A DNA stretch of 64,000 nucleotides from SAR202 cluster bacterium. GTDB lineage: Bacteria > Chloroflexota > Dehalococcoidia > Lucifugimonadales > UBA826. The position numbers and the translations under genes are program-made. The notes below the pieces were generated by a model. The model saw only the letters and a program-made list of their open reading frames with translations. It did no database searches and had not been told where the DNA came from. Below, in pieces: positions 47,434 through 58,030 of this stretch. Location: positions 7,506 through 71,505 of the forward strand of contig VFFS01000089.1 in NCBI GenBank assembly GCA_009392815.1. The letters run 5' to 3'. Numbering within the stretch: the stretch's first letter is position 1; every line of letters starts with the position of its first letter.

Positions 47434-50100
47434 ATGAGCCAATTGAAAATATCTACTGAAATGGCCCGAGCATACGACCCGTCTCTCGTGGAAGACCGGA
47501 TATATAGTTTCTGGGACGAGAATGGCTATTTCTCACCAAAAGTTGATCCTGATAAAGAACCGTTCGTGCTAATTATGCCACCGCCTAACGTGACTGGTGA
47601 ACTACACATGGGTCACGCGCTCACACTAGCCTTAGAAGATATGATGGTGCGTTGGCACCGCATGAAGGGAGATCCAACATTATTTCTCCCTGGCACAGAT
47701 CATGCAGGAATAGCTACTCAAGTTGTAGTGGAAAGACTTCTTGCCACTGAAGGAGTCACTCGGCATGATCTCGGACGGGAAGCATTTGAAAAGAGAATTT
47801 GGAAATGGGTAGACCAATACGGGGAGCGTATATACCAGCAAATCCGACACCTGGGGGTTTCTTGCGATTGGAGTAGACAAGCTTTCACTTTGGACGAAGG
47901 CCCTCGGAAGGCAGTTAGAAAGACATTTGTCGACCTTTACAAGGACAATTTGATATACCAGGGTGAAAGAATTACCAACTGGTGTCCGCGATGCGCAACC
48001 GTATTGTCGGAACTTGAAGTTAAATACAAAGAGATTACTGGTGCCCTAGTAGAAATAGAGTACCCATTGGCGGACAATTCAGGTTCCTTAACTATTGCTA
48101 CAACAAGACCTGAAACCATGCTCGGAGATACTGCCGTCGCCGTAAATCCAACCGATGACAGAATGTCTCGATTCATAGGTAAAGAAATTCTGCTTCCCCT
48201 AAGCGATAGACTCATACCCGTTATTGGCGACGAGTCAGTTGACGTAGAATTTGGTACAGGGGCATTAAAGGTAACTCCAGCCCACGATCCAGTCGACTTT
48301 GAAATCGGTCAACGCCATAACCTGCCCATCATTGAAGTTATTGACAAAGATGCGCGAATGAGTGAGAAGGCAGGTCGATTTAAAGGACAAGACCGTGACG
48401 AATGCAGACAGTCAATTTTGAATGAGCTTGAAAATTTGGGGCTCTTGAGAGGTACGGAAAAATTTGAACATTCTGTTGGCCATTGTGATCGCTGTGAAGA
48501 AGTAATAGAGCCTTTAATAAGTAAGCAATGGTACGTGTCTATGGAGCCACTGGCTGCACCCGCGAGAGAGGCCGTCAGGAACGGTTCAATCAAGATAGTT
48601 CCCAAGCGGTTTGAAAGCGTTTACTTTAACTGGATGGATAACATCCGTGACTGGCCTGTCAGTAGACAGTTATGGTGGGGACATCAACTTCCCGTGTGGT
48701 ACTGTCAAGACTGCAGCAAAGTTATAGTTGAATACACAGACCCAGAAAATTGTACCCATTGCGGCTCAGGTGCACTGAGCAGAGATGAAGATGTCCTAGA
48801 TACTTGGTTCAGCTCCGGACTGTGGCCACATTCAACTTTAGGATGGCCCGACAAAACAAAGGATTTAGATTATTTTTATCCTGGGTCAGTCCTAGAAACA
48901 GGGTACGACATACTGTTCTTCTGGGTTGCTCGAATGGTAATGCTAGGAATCTACAATATGGGTGACATCCCATTCCATACGATCTATTTGCACGGCCTAG
49001 TTCTCGACCCAGACGGCGTAAAAATGAGTAAAACGAAAGGAAATGTCCTTGATCCCCTAGAAATAATCGACCAATACGGTTCAGATGCGGTACGCTTCGC
49101 TCTAACTACAGGTACCTCCGCCGGAAACAACGTCCGAATGAGCGAAGGCAGACTCGAATCAAGTCGCAACTTTGCCAACAAACTTTGGAACGCAGCTCGT
49201 TTTGTCATATCGCGCGGCGAAGTTGAAGATACTGCGTGTGATTGGTTAGATCCTGAACCAGTACATTTGCACGATAAGTGGATAATATCCCGTCTACAAC
49301 ACACTTCGGAAAATGCTAATCGCTTGATAGGCGAGCACCAGTATGGAGATGCTCAAAGAGAAATCCATGATTTCTTTTGGAACGAATACTGTGACTGGTA
49401 TATAGAACTGGCAAAACTTCGTTTTAGTGATCCTGACGAATCATCCCCAATGGAAGTTTTGATCCACGTATTGGAAAGCAGCCTGCGATTACTACACCCA
49501 TTCATGCCCTTCGTCACAGAGGAAATTTGGCAAATCCTGGTTGCCAAATTTCCCACCGAACCCTGCCTAGCTAATACGCTAATGTTGATGCCCTATCCAA
49601 ATAAATCCGAGAAGAGAATTAACACAGAGTCTGAACACCAATTGGAGAAAATTTTTGATCTTATTGGGGCTATCAGAAATATTAGAGGCGAGCTTCGAAT
49701 ACCCGCTAACGATATTTTGGACGGAGACGTGTTTTCAATCGATGACGCAAGCCTCATTCGTGATAATGCAGACGCGATTCAGAAGTTAGGAGGTATGAAA
49801 GCGACCATATCGCAAAATCAGTTACCTTCTCCAGAAACAGGAGTCGTATCTCTTATAACGCTTGGTGTTAATACTTCCCTGAAGGTGGGAGAGTCGGTCG
49901 ACTTAGTAAATGAGCTAGGAAGATTGAAAGAGGAAAGTTCTGACACTGACAAATACATCCAATCAATCAATAAAAGGCTTTCAAACGAAGGATTTACCTC
50001 AAACGCTCCGGAGGATGTCATCCAAAAGGAACGGGATAGGCTTGAAGCGGCTCTTGAGAGACGGAATCGTATAGAGGACCTTTTGGAAAAACTACTCTGA
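47434..50100 (+). CDS. valS: Valine--tRNA ligase
   Basis: 888 aa. HIGH (GELHMGHA), KMSKS (VKMSKTKGN), editing domain and C-terminal coiled coil. Confidence 0.96.
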   Translation: MSQLKISTEMARAYDPSLVEDRIYSFWDENGYFSPKVDPDKEPFVLIMPPPNVTGELHMGHALTLALEDMMVRWHRMKGDPTLFLPGTDHAGIATQVVVERLLATEGVTRHDLGREAFEKRIWKWVDQYGERIYQQIRHLGVSCDWSRQAFTLDEGPRKAVRKTFVDLYKDNLIYQGERITNWCPRCATVLSELEVKYKEITGALVEIEYPLADNSGSLTIATTRPETMLGDTAVAVNPTDDRMSRFIGKEILLPLSDRLIPVIGDESVDVEFGTGALKVTPAHDPVDFEIGQRHNLPIIEVIDKDARMSEKAGRFKGQDRDECRQSILNELENLGLLRGTEKFEHSVGHCDRCEEVIEPLISKQWYVSMEPLAAPAREAVRNGSIKIVPKRFESVYFNWMDNIRDWPVSRQLWWGHQLPVWYCQDCSKVIVEYTDPENCTHCGSGALSRDEDVLDTWFSSGLWPHSTLGWPDKTKDLDYFYPGSVLETGYDILFFWVARMVMLGIYNMGDIPFHTIYLHGLVLDPDGVKMSKTKGNVLDPLEIIDQYGSDAVRFALTTGTSAGNNVRMSEGRLESSRNFANKLWNAARFVISRGEVEDTACDWLDPEPVHLHDKWIISRLQHTSENANRLIGEHQYGDAQREIHDFFWNEYCDWYIELAKLRFSDPDESSPMEVLIHVLESSLRLLHPFMPFVTEEIWQILVAKFPTEPCLANTLMLMPYPNKSEKRINTESEHQLEKIFDLIGAIRNIRGELRIPANDILDGDVFSIDDASLIRDNADAIQKLGGMKATISQNQLPSPETGVVSLITLGVNTSLKVGESVDLVNELGRLKEESSDTDKYIQSINKRLSNEGFTSNAPEDVIQKERDRLEAALERRNRIEDLLEKLL

Positions 50101-50191
50101 CATCAATAAAAATAAAGGCCGAAATTAGCCAGTAGTTCCTTCTTTTGAAATATTATCAATACGGATATTTATAGTTATCAAAAAATAGCTA

Positions 50192-50866
50192 ATGTGCTCA
50201 AGTCATATGTGGGAACGCAACAAAAATTGTCACAGATTTAGGTCTGCCGGGTTAATTATGTTCTTTCTTTTGCTATCAACCTATTTTGTGTGTTGTAGCG
50301 GAACTTCGGATAAACCATATATAGAGGAAATAAGCATTTTCCCAGACCCATATCTCGAACTCGCCGTGCAGAGAGCGTTGGGAGTAGATTATCCAGAAGA
50401 CATTGAGCTGGAAGAATTGAATAATCTTAGAAAACTCGATGCTCGCGGCATGGGTATAACCAACATAAGTGGTTTGGAGAATTTACAAAATCTAAAATAT
50501 TTGTACCTCAGTGAAAACGAAATCGATGAAATCGCTCCCATATCATCCCTGACAAATTTACGTTATCTATATTTAAGTGGGAACAAAATAGAAGATATTT
50601 CCTCTATCAAACACCTAAAAGGATTGAGAGTACTCTTCCTTAGGGACAACCAAATAAAAGACATAAGGCCAATCTCTGAACTTGAAAATATCGGTGTTAT
50701 CTATCTTAGAAACAATCTTATAAGTGACATATCGCCGCTGGTGGAAAACAATTCGTTAACTGAAGTTTGGGTTTGGCTAGAGGGTAATCCTTTATCAGAG
50801 ATTTCGATCAGCAGAGATATTCCAATTTTACGAAAACGGGATGTTGAGGTTTCATATAGTCCCTGA
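50192..50866 (+). CDS. Secreted/anchored leucine-rich-repeat (internalin-like) protein
   Basis: 224 aa. Hydrophobic N-terminal signal (LIMFFLLLSTYFVCCSG), then about five and a half 22-residue LRRs (LKYLYLSENEIDEIAPISSLTN, LRYLYLSGNKIEDISSIKHLKG, and so on). Confidence 0.8.
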   Translation: MCSSHMWERNKNCHRFRSAGLIMFFLLLSTYFVCCSGTSDKPYIEEISIFPDPYLELAVQRALGVDYPEDIELEELNNLRKLDARGMGITNISGLENLQNLKYLYLSENEIDEIAPISSLTNLRYLYLSGNKIEDISSIKHLKGLRVLFLRDNQIKDIRPISELENIGVIYLRNNLISDISPLVENNSLTEVWVWLEGNPLSEISISRDIPILRKRDVEVSYSP

Positions 50867-50989
50867 ATATGAACGGGGGCAGTCACACCTGTTGAAATCC
50901 TTAGTTACCTAAAATGGGTGCCCGCAAATTACGGTAGCAAAAACCATGCAAAAAATGCTTCTGATCAAATAAACCTCATTTGGGTGATA

Positions 50990-52219
50990 CTAGCCAATAT
51001 ATCTCCTTATATTTCTGAATGAAATAGTAGAACATACCATGGCGCCCATTCCTATCAGTGCAATATAGAAGCCTGCTTTTATCACCGCATCGTTACCTAA
51101 TGCATCGGAAATAAATCCGGCAATGCCGGGAGCAAACGCAAACCCCCATATGTACCCAAATCCAACAATAGATGATGTGAATCCAAAGTTCTCTTGCCCG
51201 AGGAGTTCTGCAGTTATTACTGGTTTGATGATATTAATAATTCCAAATGAACACCCCTGAAAAATAAGAAAGGTTAATATCAGTTCTTTATGTATGTCAG
51301 AAAAATAGAGTGAGAGACTTGCTGCGGCCAGCACTGTTGAGCATACCAATGACACAGTAATATTAGGTAAGGTCTTGTTTCCAAGTTTTTCAACTGTAAT
51401 CAATAACATACGTCCCGAGACCTGCATTGGCCCCATGAAAGTGGCTATTAGGACGGCACTTTTATCGGAAAATCCTTTACTGTCTAGTATAGGAAGTATT
51501 TGACTGAGAAGCATAATATGGTTGATGCCAAATGCTGTGAACATTATTGAAAGACCCCAAAATATAGGGTTACTAAACAAATTAGATATCATTTTTCTCG
51601 ATGATGTCTTTAATTTGTTCGTTAGCTTCACCCCACTATAGGCTTCGTCAGAATAGCCGAACCAGAATAATGGTCCTGACACTAGAACAAGAAATAAGCT
51701 AAACGTGAATACGCTAGCCTTCCAACCAAATGTATTGGCCACTATTGAGGAAACCGGAAAACCTACCGTGATAGCGAGTCCTGCAAAGAAGGTAACCATT
51801 ACAATGGGACCCTTTGCATTCCCGCCATATTTTCGCGTTAGCATGGCGAAACAAGGATCGTAAAAACATCCTCCCATGAATATTCCTACCAACGCCCAAA
51901 CTAAATAAAATTGCCAAAGTTCTTGAATAATTAAAAGAAATAAAAGAACCAATCCACCTGTTATCACACTAAACGTCACAAGAGGTCTACCGTACCCTTT
52001 GTCGATTAGAGTGCCTGACAGTATCCCAATCAAGGCTGAAATAACCAAAGCAAACATAAGGCCAGAGGATAATTGGGAAATACTCCAACCGAAATTCTGC
52101 TGCCACCTGAGTAATAGGGCAGGGAACATATAGAATAACCCAGCCCAGGCTAAGGTTTCCGCGAGAGCAATGGCCCACAACTTAGGGTCTAGCCAAAATT
52201 TCCCCGCTGGTTGGCTCAT
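50990..52219 (-). CDS. MFS transporter
   Basis: 409 aa, about 12 predicted TM helices, with a DKGYGRP loop after TM2 resembling the MFS signature. Confidence 0.83.
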   Translation of the reverse strand: MSQPAGKFWLDPKLWAIALAETLAWAGLFYMFPALLLRWQQNFGWSISQLSSGLMFALVISALIGILSGTLIDKGYGRPLVTFSVITGGLVLLFLLIIQELWQFYLVWALVGIFMGGCFYDPCFAMLTRKYGGNAKGPIVMVTFFAGLAITVGFPVSSIVANTFGWKASVFTFSLFLVLVSGPLFWFGYSDEAYSGVKLTNKLKTSSRKMISNLFSNPIFWGLSIMFTAFGINHIMLLSQILPILDSKGFSDKSAVLIATFMGPMQVSGRMLLITVEKLGNKTLPNITVSLVCSTVLAAASLSLYFSDIHKELILTFLIFQGCSFGIINIIKPVITAELLGQENFGFTSSIVGFGYIWGFAFAPGIAGFISDALGNDAVIKAGFYIALIGMGAMVCSTISFRNIRRYIG

Positions 52220-52246
52220 TTCCTTAGGTATGGCAAAACCTCTCGT

Positions 52247-54850
52247 TCAGGCAGCTGAGGCACAACACCTCTTGTACTTTTTACCACTGCCGCACGGGCA
52301 TGGCTGATTCCGACCGATTTTTTTACTAGTTACTGAGGACGATGCAGATTGATTATTAACTGCGTCGGGCCTCACATTTTTTGTTACCTTAGGCTTCGAG
52401 ATTCTTTTTTGGGAATCTAGGACCTCTGTACCACCTTTAAAAAGGGAGTGTGCAACATCCGATTGAATTCGTTCCTGTAAAGTACGGAACATTTGATGGC
52501 CCTCTTTTCTGTACATGACTAAAGGGTCACGCTGTCCCACCGCCTGGAGGCCAATACCTTGCCTGAGGTTTTCCATACCTGTCAGGTGTTGGACCCAGTT
52601 ATTATCAATCGAGCGCAGCATGAAAAACCGTTCAATTTCACGAGCATTTTCATGACCTAAGTTATCTTCAAAAGATAGATAGATTGAGTCCAAATAATTC
52701 AGTATTGAATCGATGTAATATTGAGATTCGGTCGATAGGATATTCTCTCTGTCAGATAGTTCAGAAGTTAAAGGAATCAACGATGAAAGAGCCGATAACA
52801 TTCCATCAACATCCCATTCTTCCCGTCTAGGACCAGTCATTGAGTTTTCTATTATTGCGACACATTCAGCTTGAAGCATTTCGCGAATTTGATCGGATAT
52901 TTCAGCTCCATTAATAACTTTTTCCCTTTGACCATATATTAGGTCTCTTTGGGTATTAACAACATCATCATATTCCACCAAATGTTTCCGCATATCAAAA
53001 TGAAACGCTTCGACTTTGACTTGAGCATTCTCTATTGATTTGGAAATCATCTTATTTTCAATTGGGCTGCCATCGTCCAATCCAGCCCAATCCATAATCG
53101 ACTTGATCCTGTCTCCTCCAAATCTGCGAACCAAGTCGTCATCTAGGCCCACAAAGAATCTTGTTTCACCCGGATCGCCCTGGCGTCCAGATCGACCCCG
53201 GAGTTGATTGTCGATTCTTCTCGCTTCATGTCTCTCTGTACCTATAATGCAAAGACCCCCAGCATCTAATACAGTTTTGTTTCTGGATTCCCACTCTAAA
53301 TCTTCTTCCCCTTCTTTACTGCCCCCTAAAACGATGTCTGTTCCTCTACCAGCCATATTAGTCGCGACTGTGACAGAACCGGGTCTTCCAGCTTGAGCAA
53401 TAATTGATGCTTCCCTATCGTGCTGTTTTGCATTAAGTACTTCGTGTTTAATTCCCTCTCGTTTAAGAAGTTTGCTAATTAATTCAGATTTATCAATGTC
53501 AGTGGTACCAACTAAAACAGGTTGATTTTTCGCAATCCGGGAAGATATTTCTGATACAACCGCTTGGTATTTGGAGTGTTGATCCAAAAATATCAAATCG
53601 CCCAGGTCAGTCCTATCGATAGGCTTGTTAGTGGGTATGGACAAAACCTCTAATTGATAAATTTTCCAAAACTCTTCTGACTCGGTGACTGCTGTACCAG
53701 TCATACCAGATAGTTTGTCGTACAAACGAAAGTAATTTTGGAGTGTGATTGTGGCGTATGTAATTGACTCCCTTTGAATATTAACTTTCTCTTTAGCCTC
53801 CAGAGCCTGATGCATACCGTCAGAGAAGCGCCTTCCTTCCATAATCCGACCGGTAAACTCATCTACTATCAGCACTTGCCCCGATCGGACCACATAATCC
53901 CTGTCTCTCTGATATACCACCTGAGCCCGTACAGCATTTTCCAGATAGTGAACTTGACCAAAATATTCTGGGTCGTATAGGTTTTCCACACCTAACAATT
54001 TTTCTATCTTTCCGATACCTGTCCCAGTCAAAGACACTGCTCTCAGTTTCTCGTCAACAGTGTAATCATCATCCTCATGTAAACTCGGGGCAATTTTGGC
54101 GAATTTCACATATTCATTAGGGTTTTGTTGCGAGGGACCGCTTATTATTAGCGGAGTCCTAGCTTCATCGATCAAAATATTGTCCACTTCATCTACGATT
54201 GCAAATGATCTTTGATTTTGAACCTTAAATGCTGACGATTCGGCCATATTATCTCTAAGGAAGTCAAATCCAAATTCATTATTTGTCCCGTAAGTTATAT
54301 CCGCTTGGTAAGCTTGCAGGCGATGAACAGATTCCAACTCACCTGGACCTTTAAATACATAAGCCTCGTTGTTTTGAAGAACGCCGACTGTTAGGCCCAA
54401 TTGGGTATATATTTGACCCATCCACTCAGCGTCCCTTTTGGCGAGGTAGTCGTTTACCGTGACCACATGAACGCCATCACCACGTAAACTGTTCAAATAG
54501 GCAGGAAGTGTAGCAACGAGAGTCTTTCCTTCCCCCGTTCGCATTTCAGCTATCTTCCCCTGGTGTAGAACTATCCCTCCGATCAATTGAACATCGTAGT
54601 GCCTCTGGCCAAGTACACGAAATGCCGTCTCTCGCACTACTGCGAATGCTTCAGGAAGAATCGAGTCTAGATCTTCTCCACTCTCGAGTCGGGACCGAAA
54701 TTCTATGGTTTTGGAATAAAGCTCCGAATCAGGAAGGGATTTTATCGCCTTTTCAAACGTATTTATCTCATCCACTATTGGCTGGAGAGTTTTAATAGCC
54801 TTTTCGTCGCTATTACCAAAAATTTTAGATATGTTTTTCAATAAAGCCAT
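52247..54850 (-). CDS. secA: Preprotein translocase ATPase SecA
   Basis: 867 aa. MRTGEGKTLV Walker A, IVDEVDNILIDEARTPLIISG, and C-terminal zinc motif CPCGSGKKYKRCC. Confidence 0.97.
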   Translation of the reverse strand: MALLKNISKIFGNSDEKAIKTLQPIVDEINTFEKAIKSLPDSELYSKTIEFRSRLESGEDLDSILPEAFAVVRETAFRVLGQRHYDVQLIGGIVLHQGKIAEMRTGEGKTLVATLPAYLNSLRGDGVHVVTVNDYLAKRDAEWMGQIYTQLGLTVGVLQNNEAYVFKGPGELESVHRLQAYQADITYGTNNEFGFDFLRDNMAESSAFKVQNQRSFAIVDEVDNILIDEARTPLIISGPSQQNPNEYVKFAKIAPSLHEDDDYTVDEKLRAVSLTGTGIGKIEKLLGVENLYDPEYFGQVHYLENAVRAQVVYQRDRDYVVRSGQVLIVDEFTGRIMEGRRFSDGMHQALEAKEKVNIQRESITYATITLQNYFRLYDKLSGMTGTAVTESEEFWKIYQLEVLSIPTNKPIDRTDLGDLIFLDQHSKYQAVVSEISSRIAKNQPVLVGTTDIDKSELISKLLKREGIKHEVLNAKQHDREASIIAQAGRPGSVTVATNMAGRGTDIVLGGSKEGEEDLEWESRNKTVLDAGGLCIIGTERHEARRIDNQLRGRSGRQGDPGETRFFVGLDDDLVRRFGGDRIKSIMDWAGLDDGSPIENKMISKSIENAQVKVEAFHFDMRKHLVEYDDVVNTQRDLIYGQREKVINGAEISDQIREMLQAECVAIIENSMTGPRREEWDVDGMLSALSSLIPLTSELSDRENILSTESQYYIDSILNYLDSIYLSFEDNLGHENAREIERFFMLRSIDNNWVQHLTGMENLRQGIGLQAVGQRDPLVMYRKEGHQMFRTLQERIQSDVAHSLFKGGTEVLDSQKRISKPKVTKNVRPDAVNNQSASSSVTSKKIGRNQPCPCGSGKKYKRCCASAA

Positions 54851-54907
54851 AATTTATTCACAACTGAATTATACAGCCAGAAATTGATCGAATCGCCCTA
54901 TCTCGCA

Positions 54908-55858
54908 CTAAGCGTCGAACATTGCTCCCACAGAAAGTCCACTGTGTATGCGATGAATAGCTTCACCAAGCATCGGCGCCATAGAGATAACCTTAATCTT
55001 GGGACCCATTTTCTCGGGGGGAACAGGCATTGTGTCTGTGACTACGATTTCGCTGACTATACTGTCATCAAGTAGTTTGGAGGCCTCACCTGCCAGAACA
55101 GGATGAGTTACTGCACAGTAAATTTCCTCTGCCCCATGCTCTCTAAGCACATTCGCTGTAGCTACAACCGTGCCTCCTGTGCCTATCTCATCGTCAACCA
55201 CCAAAGCGGTTTTACCTTCAACTTCTCCGATGAGACTCATAGCCTCAACTCTGTCGTTATTCCCTATCCTATGTTTTTCGACTATCGAAATAGGAACATT
55301 CAAATAACGCCCTGTATCTCTAGTACGTTTAACATCACCCGCATCTGTCGCGGAAGCCACCTCTATATTTTTGCCTTCGTCTTTAAAATGTGCCGCCAGC
55401 ATGTTAACGGCGCTAAGTTCATCTACAGGTATATTAAAAAATCCTTGAATTTGCCCTGCGTGGAGATCCACGGTCAATACCCTGTCAGCGCCCGAGACAG
55501 TCAAAAGATTAGCGACAAGTCTCGCTGTTATAGGGACCCTTGGTTGATCTTTCTTATCGCTTCGTCCATAGGAATAGTGTGGAATGACCGCAGTGATTCT
55601 TCCCGCAGACGCTCTTTTCGCGGCATCAATCATGACCAGCAACTCCATTATGTGATCATTGACTGGCGAGCTAAAAGACTGGACCAGGAATACGTCTCTC
55701 TCCCGAATATTCTCCTTAAAACTAACAAAGGTGTTGTCATTAGAAAATTTAAAAACGTCACATTCCCCAACAGAAATACCCAAATAATCGCATATATCTT
55801 TGGTTAACTTTGGATGTGAGTTCCCTGAAAAAACTCTTAAGTCTTCAAATATGGGCAT
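54908..55858 (-). CDS. prs: Ribose-phosphate pyrophosphokinase
   Basis: DLHAGQIQGFF and VVDDEIGTGGT (PRPP loop). ATG 55858 (MPIFEDLRVFSG..) with GGTGG 5 nt upstream is preferred over the TTG at 55891. Confidence 0.94.
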   Translation of the reverse strand: MPIFEDLRVFSGNSHPKLTKDICDYLGISVGECDVFKFSNDNTFVSFKENIRERDVFLVQSFSSPVNDHIMELLVMIDAAKRASAGRITAVIPHYSYGRSDKKDQPRVPITARLVANLLTVSGADRVLTVDLHAGQIQGFFNIPVDELSAVNMLAAHFKDEGKNIEVASATDAGDVKRTRDTGRYLNVPISIVEKHRIGNNDRVEAMSLIGEVEGKTALVVDDEIGTGGTVVATANVLREHGAEEIYCAVTHPVLAGEASKLLDDSIVSEIVVTDTMPVPPEKMGPKIKVISMAPMLGEAIHRIHSGLSVGAMFDA

Positions 55859-56010
55859 GCCGCCACCTGAACTGTTTTTATGAAGTGCCAATTAAAAATT
55901 CTACAACTAATGGGTCAAGATTGAGCGGTCGGAATTGTAGCACAAGATACATTTATACTATCGCGGGAGAAAGGATATTTTATGTAACGACATAGTGGGA
56001 GTGTTCAGGA

Positions 56011-56334
56011 ATGACTAGAGTAGGTTTCCAGTTCAAAGTTAAGGAAGGCTCAATAGAGCTTTATAAAGAACATCATAAGTCCGTTTGGCCTGAAATGCTG
56101 GCTGCTCTTAAAAAACACGGTTGGAATAATTATTCCCTTTTTATGAGAAATGATGGCCTGCTATTTGGATACTTTGAAACGTCAGGTACTTTTCAGGATG
56201 CTTTAGCGGGAATGAACACAGAAGAAGTAAATTCCCGTTGGCAGACTTTAATGGCTCCATTTTTTGAAAGTGACAATTTGACCGCCCCTGATCAGCTTAT
56301 CGTTAGTTTAGAAGAGGTTTTTCACCTAGCCTGA
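56011..56334 (+). CDS. rhaM: L-rhamnose mutarotase-like protein
   Basis: 107 aa. YKEHHKSVWPEMLAALKKHGWNNYSLFMRNDGLLFGYFE matches the RhaM/YiiL family pattern and length. Confidence 0.82.
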   Translation: MTRVGFQFKVKEGSIELYKEHHKSVWPEMLAALKKHGWNNYSLFMRNDGLLFGYFETSGTFQDALAGMNTEEVNSRWQTLMAPFFESDNLTAPDQLIVSLEEVFHLA

Positions 56335-56347
56335 GGTAGTAAGTATT

Positions 56348-57127
56348 ATGAAGAAACATGGAAAAGAAAGATTAATAGAAAAGAAAGTATTCATAACTGG
56401 AGGAGCCTCGGGTATTGGAAGAGCGATCTGTACCTTATTTGCACAAGAGGGCGCACAGGTATTCATCGCTGACATAGACACAAACGGGGGATTGGAAACA
56501 ACAAGATTGATTACCAAACGGGATGGTGTAGCCAATTTCCAAAAAACTGATGTTTCAAATCCACAAAGCGTCCTAGAGTCAATCCAGGCGGCTAACGACA
56601 AGATGGGAGGCATCGATATATTAGTGAACGATGCAGCTGCCTTTGTGTTCGGGACAGTTGAGCAAACATCTCCAGAAGATTGGGAGCGAGTCTTTGGTGT
56701 AAATGTCCTTGGGACTGTACACACAGTGAAAGAAGCCCTCCCATATCTACGGGATTCACTTAGTCCCGCAATAGTTAATATAGCGTCTGTGAGCAGTTTT
56801 ATCGCACAACCTGCATTCATTCCCTATAACACGTCTAAAGGCGCCTTACTCCAGCTAACGAGATGCCTAGCCATGGACCTAGCGGACGACGGAATAAGAG
56901 TCAATTGTGTCTGTCCTGGTTCAATCTATACGCCAGCAACTGAACGACACATCGCATTTGAGAAGGCTAATAAAGAGGACTTCTTAAGAGAAGCGGGGGA
57001 GGGAAGTTTTTTAAAGCGCGTTGGAAAACCTGAAGAGGTAGCATATGCCGCGCTATTCTTAGCTTCAGAAGAAGCTTCGTTTATAACAGGAACACAACTT
57101 GTCGTGGATGGTGGTGCAACCGTATGA
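56348..57127 (+). CDS. SDR-family oxidoreductase (candidate sugar 1-dehydrogenase)
   Basis: 259 aa. TGGASGIGRA, NDAA and YNTSKGAL (YxxxK) motifs. Confidence 0.88.
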   Translation: MKKHGKERLIEKKVFITGGASGIGRAICTLFAQEGAQVFIADIDTNGGLETTRLITKRDGVANFQKTDVSNPQSVLESIQAANDKMGGIDILVNDAAAFVFGTVEQTSPEDWERVFGVNVLGTVHTVKEALPYLRDSLSPAIVNIASVSSFIAQPAFIPYNTSKGALLQLTRCLAMDLADDGIRVNCVCPGSIYTPATERHIAFEKANKEDFLREAGEGSFLKRVGKPEEVAYAALFLASEEASFITGTQLVVDGGATV

Positions 57128-58005
57128 GTCAAAGTAATGATTTTTTGTTCGCAGACGCCCACGTGCATTTTTACGATATGAGCCATCCAACTCTCCACTA
57201 TGGTCATTGGCAACCGGACCAAGACCATCCCGTATTGGGGTCACAAACAAGAAAGTTGGGGCAGAAAAATTTCTTGGCAGAAGACTTTGTAAAACTAGCG
57301 AAACCCCACGGCATAGTTAAGGCTGTACATGTTCAAGCAGCCATCGGGTCAGAAGATCCCGTTGATGAAACCAAATGGCTGCAATCAGCCCATGACCGCA
57401 CGGGATTTCCTTCAGCGATCGTTGGTTACACAGATCTCCGAGGACAGGATGCCCATACTCAGATTGAGCGACATCTTGAATACGCTTCCTTCAGGGGTAT
57501 AAGAGACTTCTCATACGGGGACTACCTAACCTCACCAGATTTCATAAGAGGATATTCTCTTATCTCCAAATACAACCTAGTTGCCAGTATCGCAGCTGAA
57601 ACTCAAGACATGGGGAAAGTGCTGGATCTGGCAAAACTTTACCCGTACACAACGATTGTCTTGGACCATGCCGGACTTCCACAAGAAAGAACCGCTGAAT
57701 ATTTTTTGCTTTGGAAATCGGGTATGAGTCTCGTTGCCAAGGCGCAAAATGTAATTTGCAAGATATCAGGACTAGGAATGGCGGATAATAATTGGTCTGT
57801 AGACAGTATCCGTCCGTACGTAGAAACTTGTATCGAGATATTCGGCTCAGACCGGTGCATATTTGCCACAAATTGGCCGATAGATAGTCTTTGGAGCAGT
57901 TACGAGGATGTTATACGTTCATATCGGGAAATAACGAAGCATTACTCAGTCTCAGAAAAGCACGCTATGTTCATAGGTAACACCGAAAACATTTACAAAA
58001 TATAG
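57124..58005 (+). CDS. Amidohydrolase_2 (cog3618-type) protein, candidate sugar lactonase
   Basis: 293 aa. N-terminal metal motif FADAHVHFYD; ..VLDHAG.. and NWPIDS near the C-terminus. ATGA overlap with the upstream SDR. Confidence 0.8.
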   Translation: MSQSNDFLFADAHVHFYDMSHPTLHYGHWQPDQDHPVLGSQTRKLGQKNFLAEDFVKLAKPHGIVKAVHVQAAIGSEDPVDETKWLQSAHDRTGFPSAIVGYTDLRGQDAHTQIERHLEYASFRGIRDFSYGDYLTSPDFIRGYSLISKYNLVASIAAETQDMGKVLDLAKLYPYTTIVLDHAGLPQERTAEYFLLWKSGMSLVAKAQNVICKISGLGMADNNWSVDSIRPYVETCIEIFGSDRCIFATNWPIDSLWSSYEDVIRSYREITKHYSVSEKHAMFIGNTENIYKI

Positions 58006-58030
58006 AAACAATTCATTATTGGAGAACATC

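Noticed and set aside
55103-55807. 234-aa plus-strand ORF
   Set aside because: It lies entirely antisense to prs, which has unambiguous motifs. Its translation is low-complexity and Cys/Arg/Ser-rich, so it is a shadow ORF.
56326-56820. 164-aa minus-strand ORF
   Set aside because: It is antisense to the SDR gene (TGGASGIG, YxxxK present on the plus strand) and has no motifs of its own.
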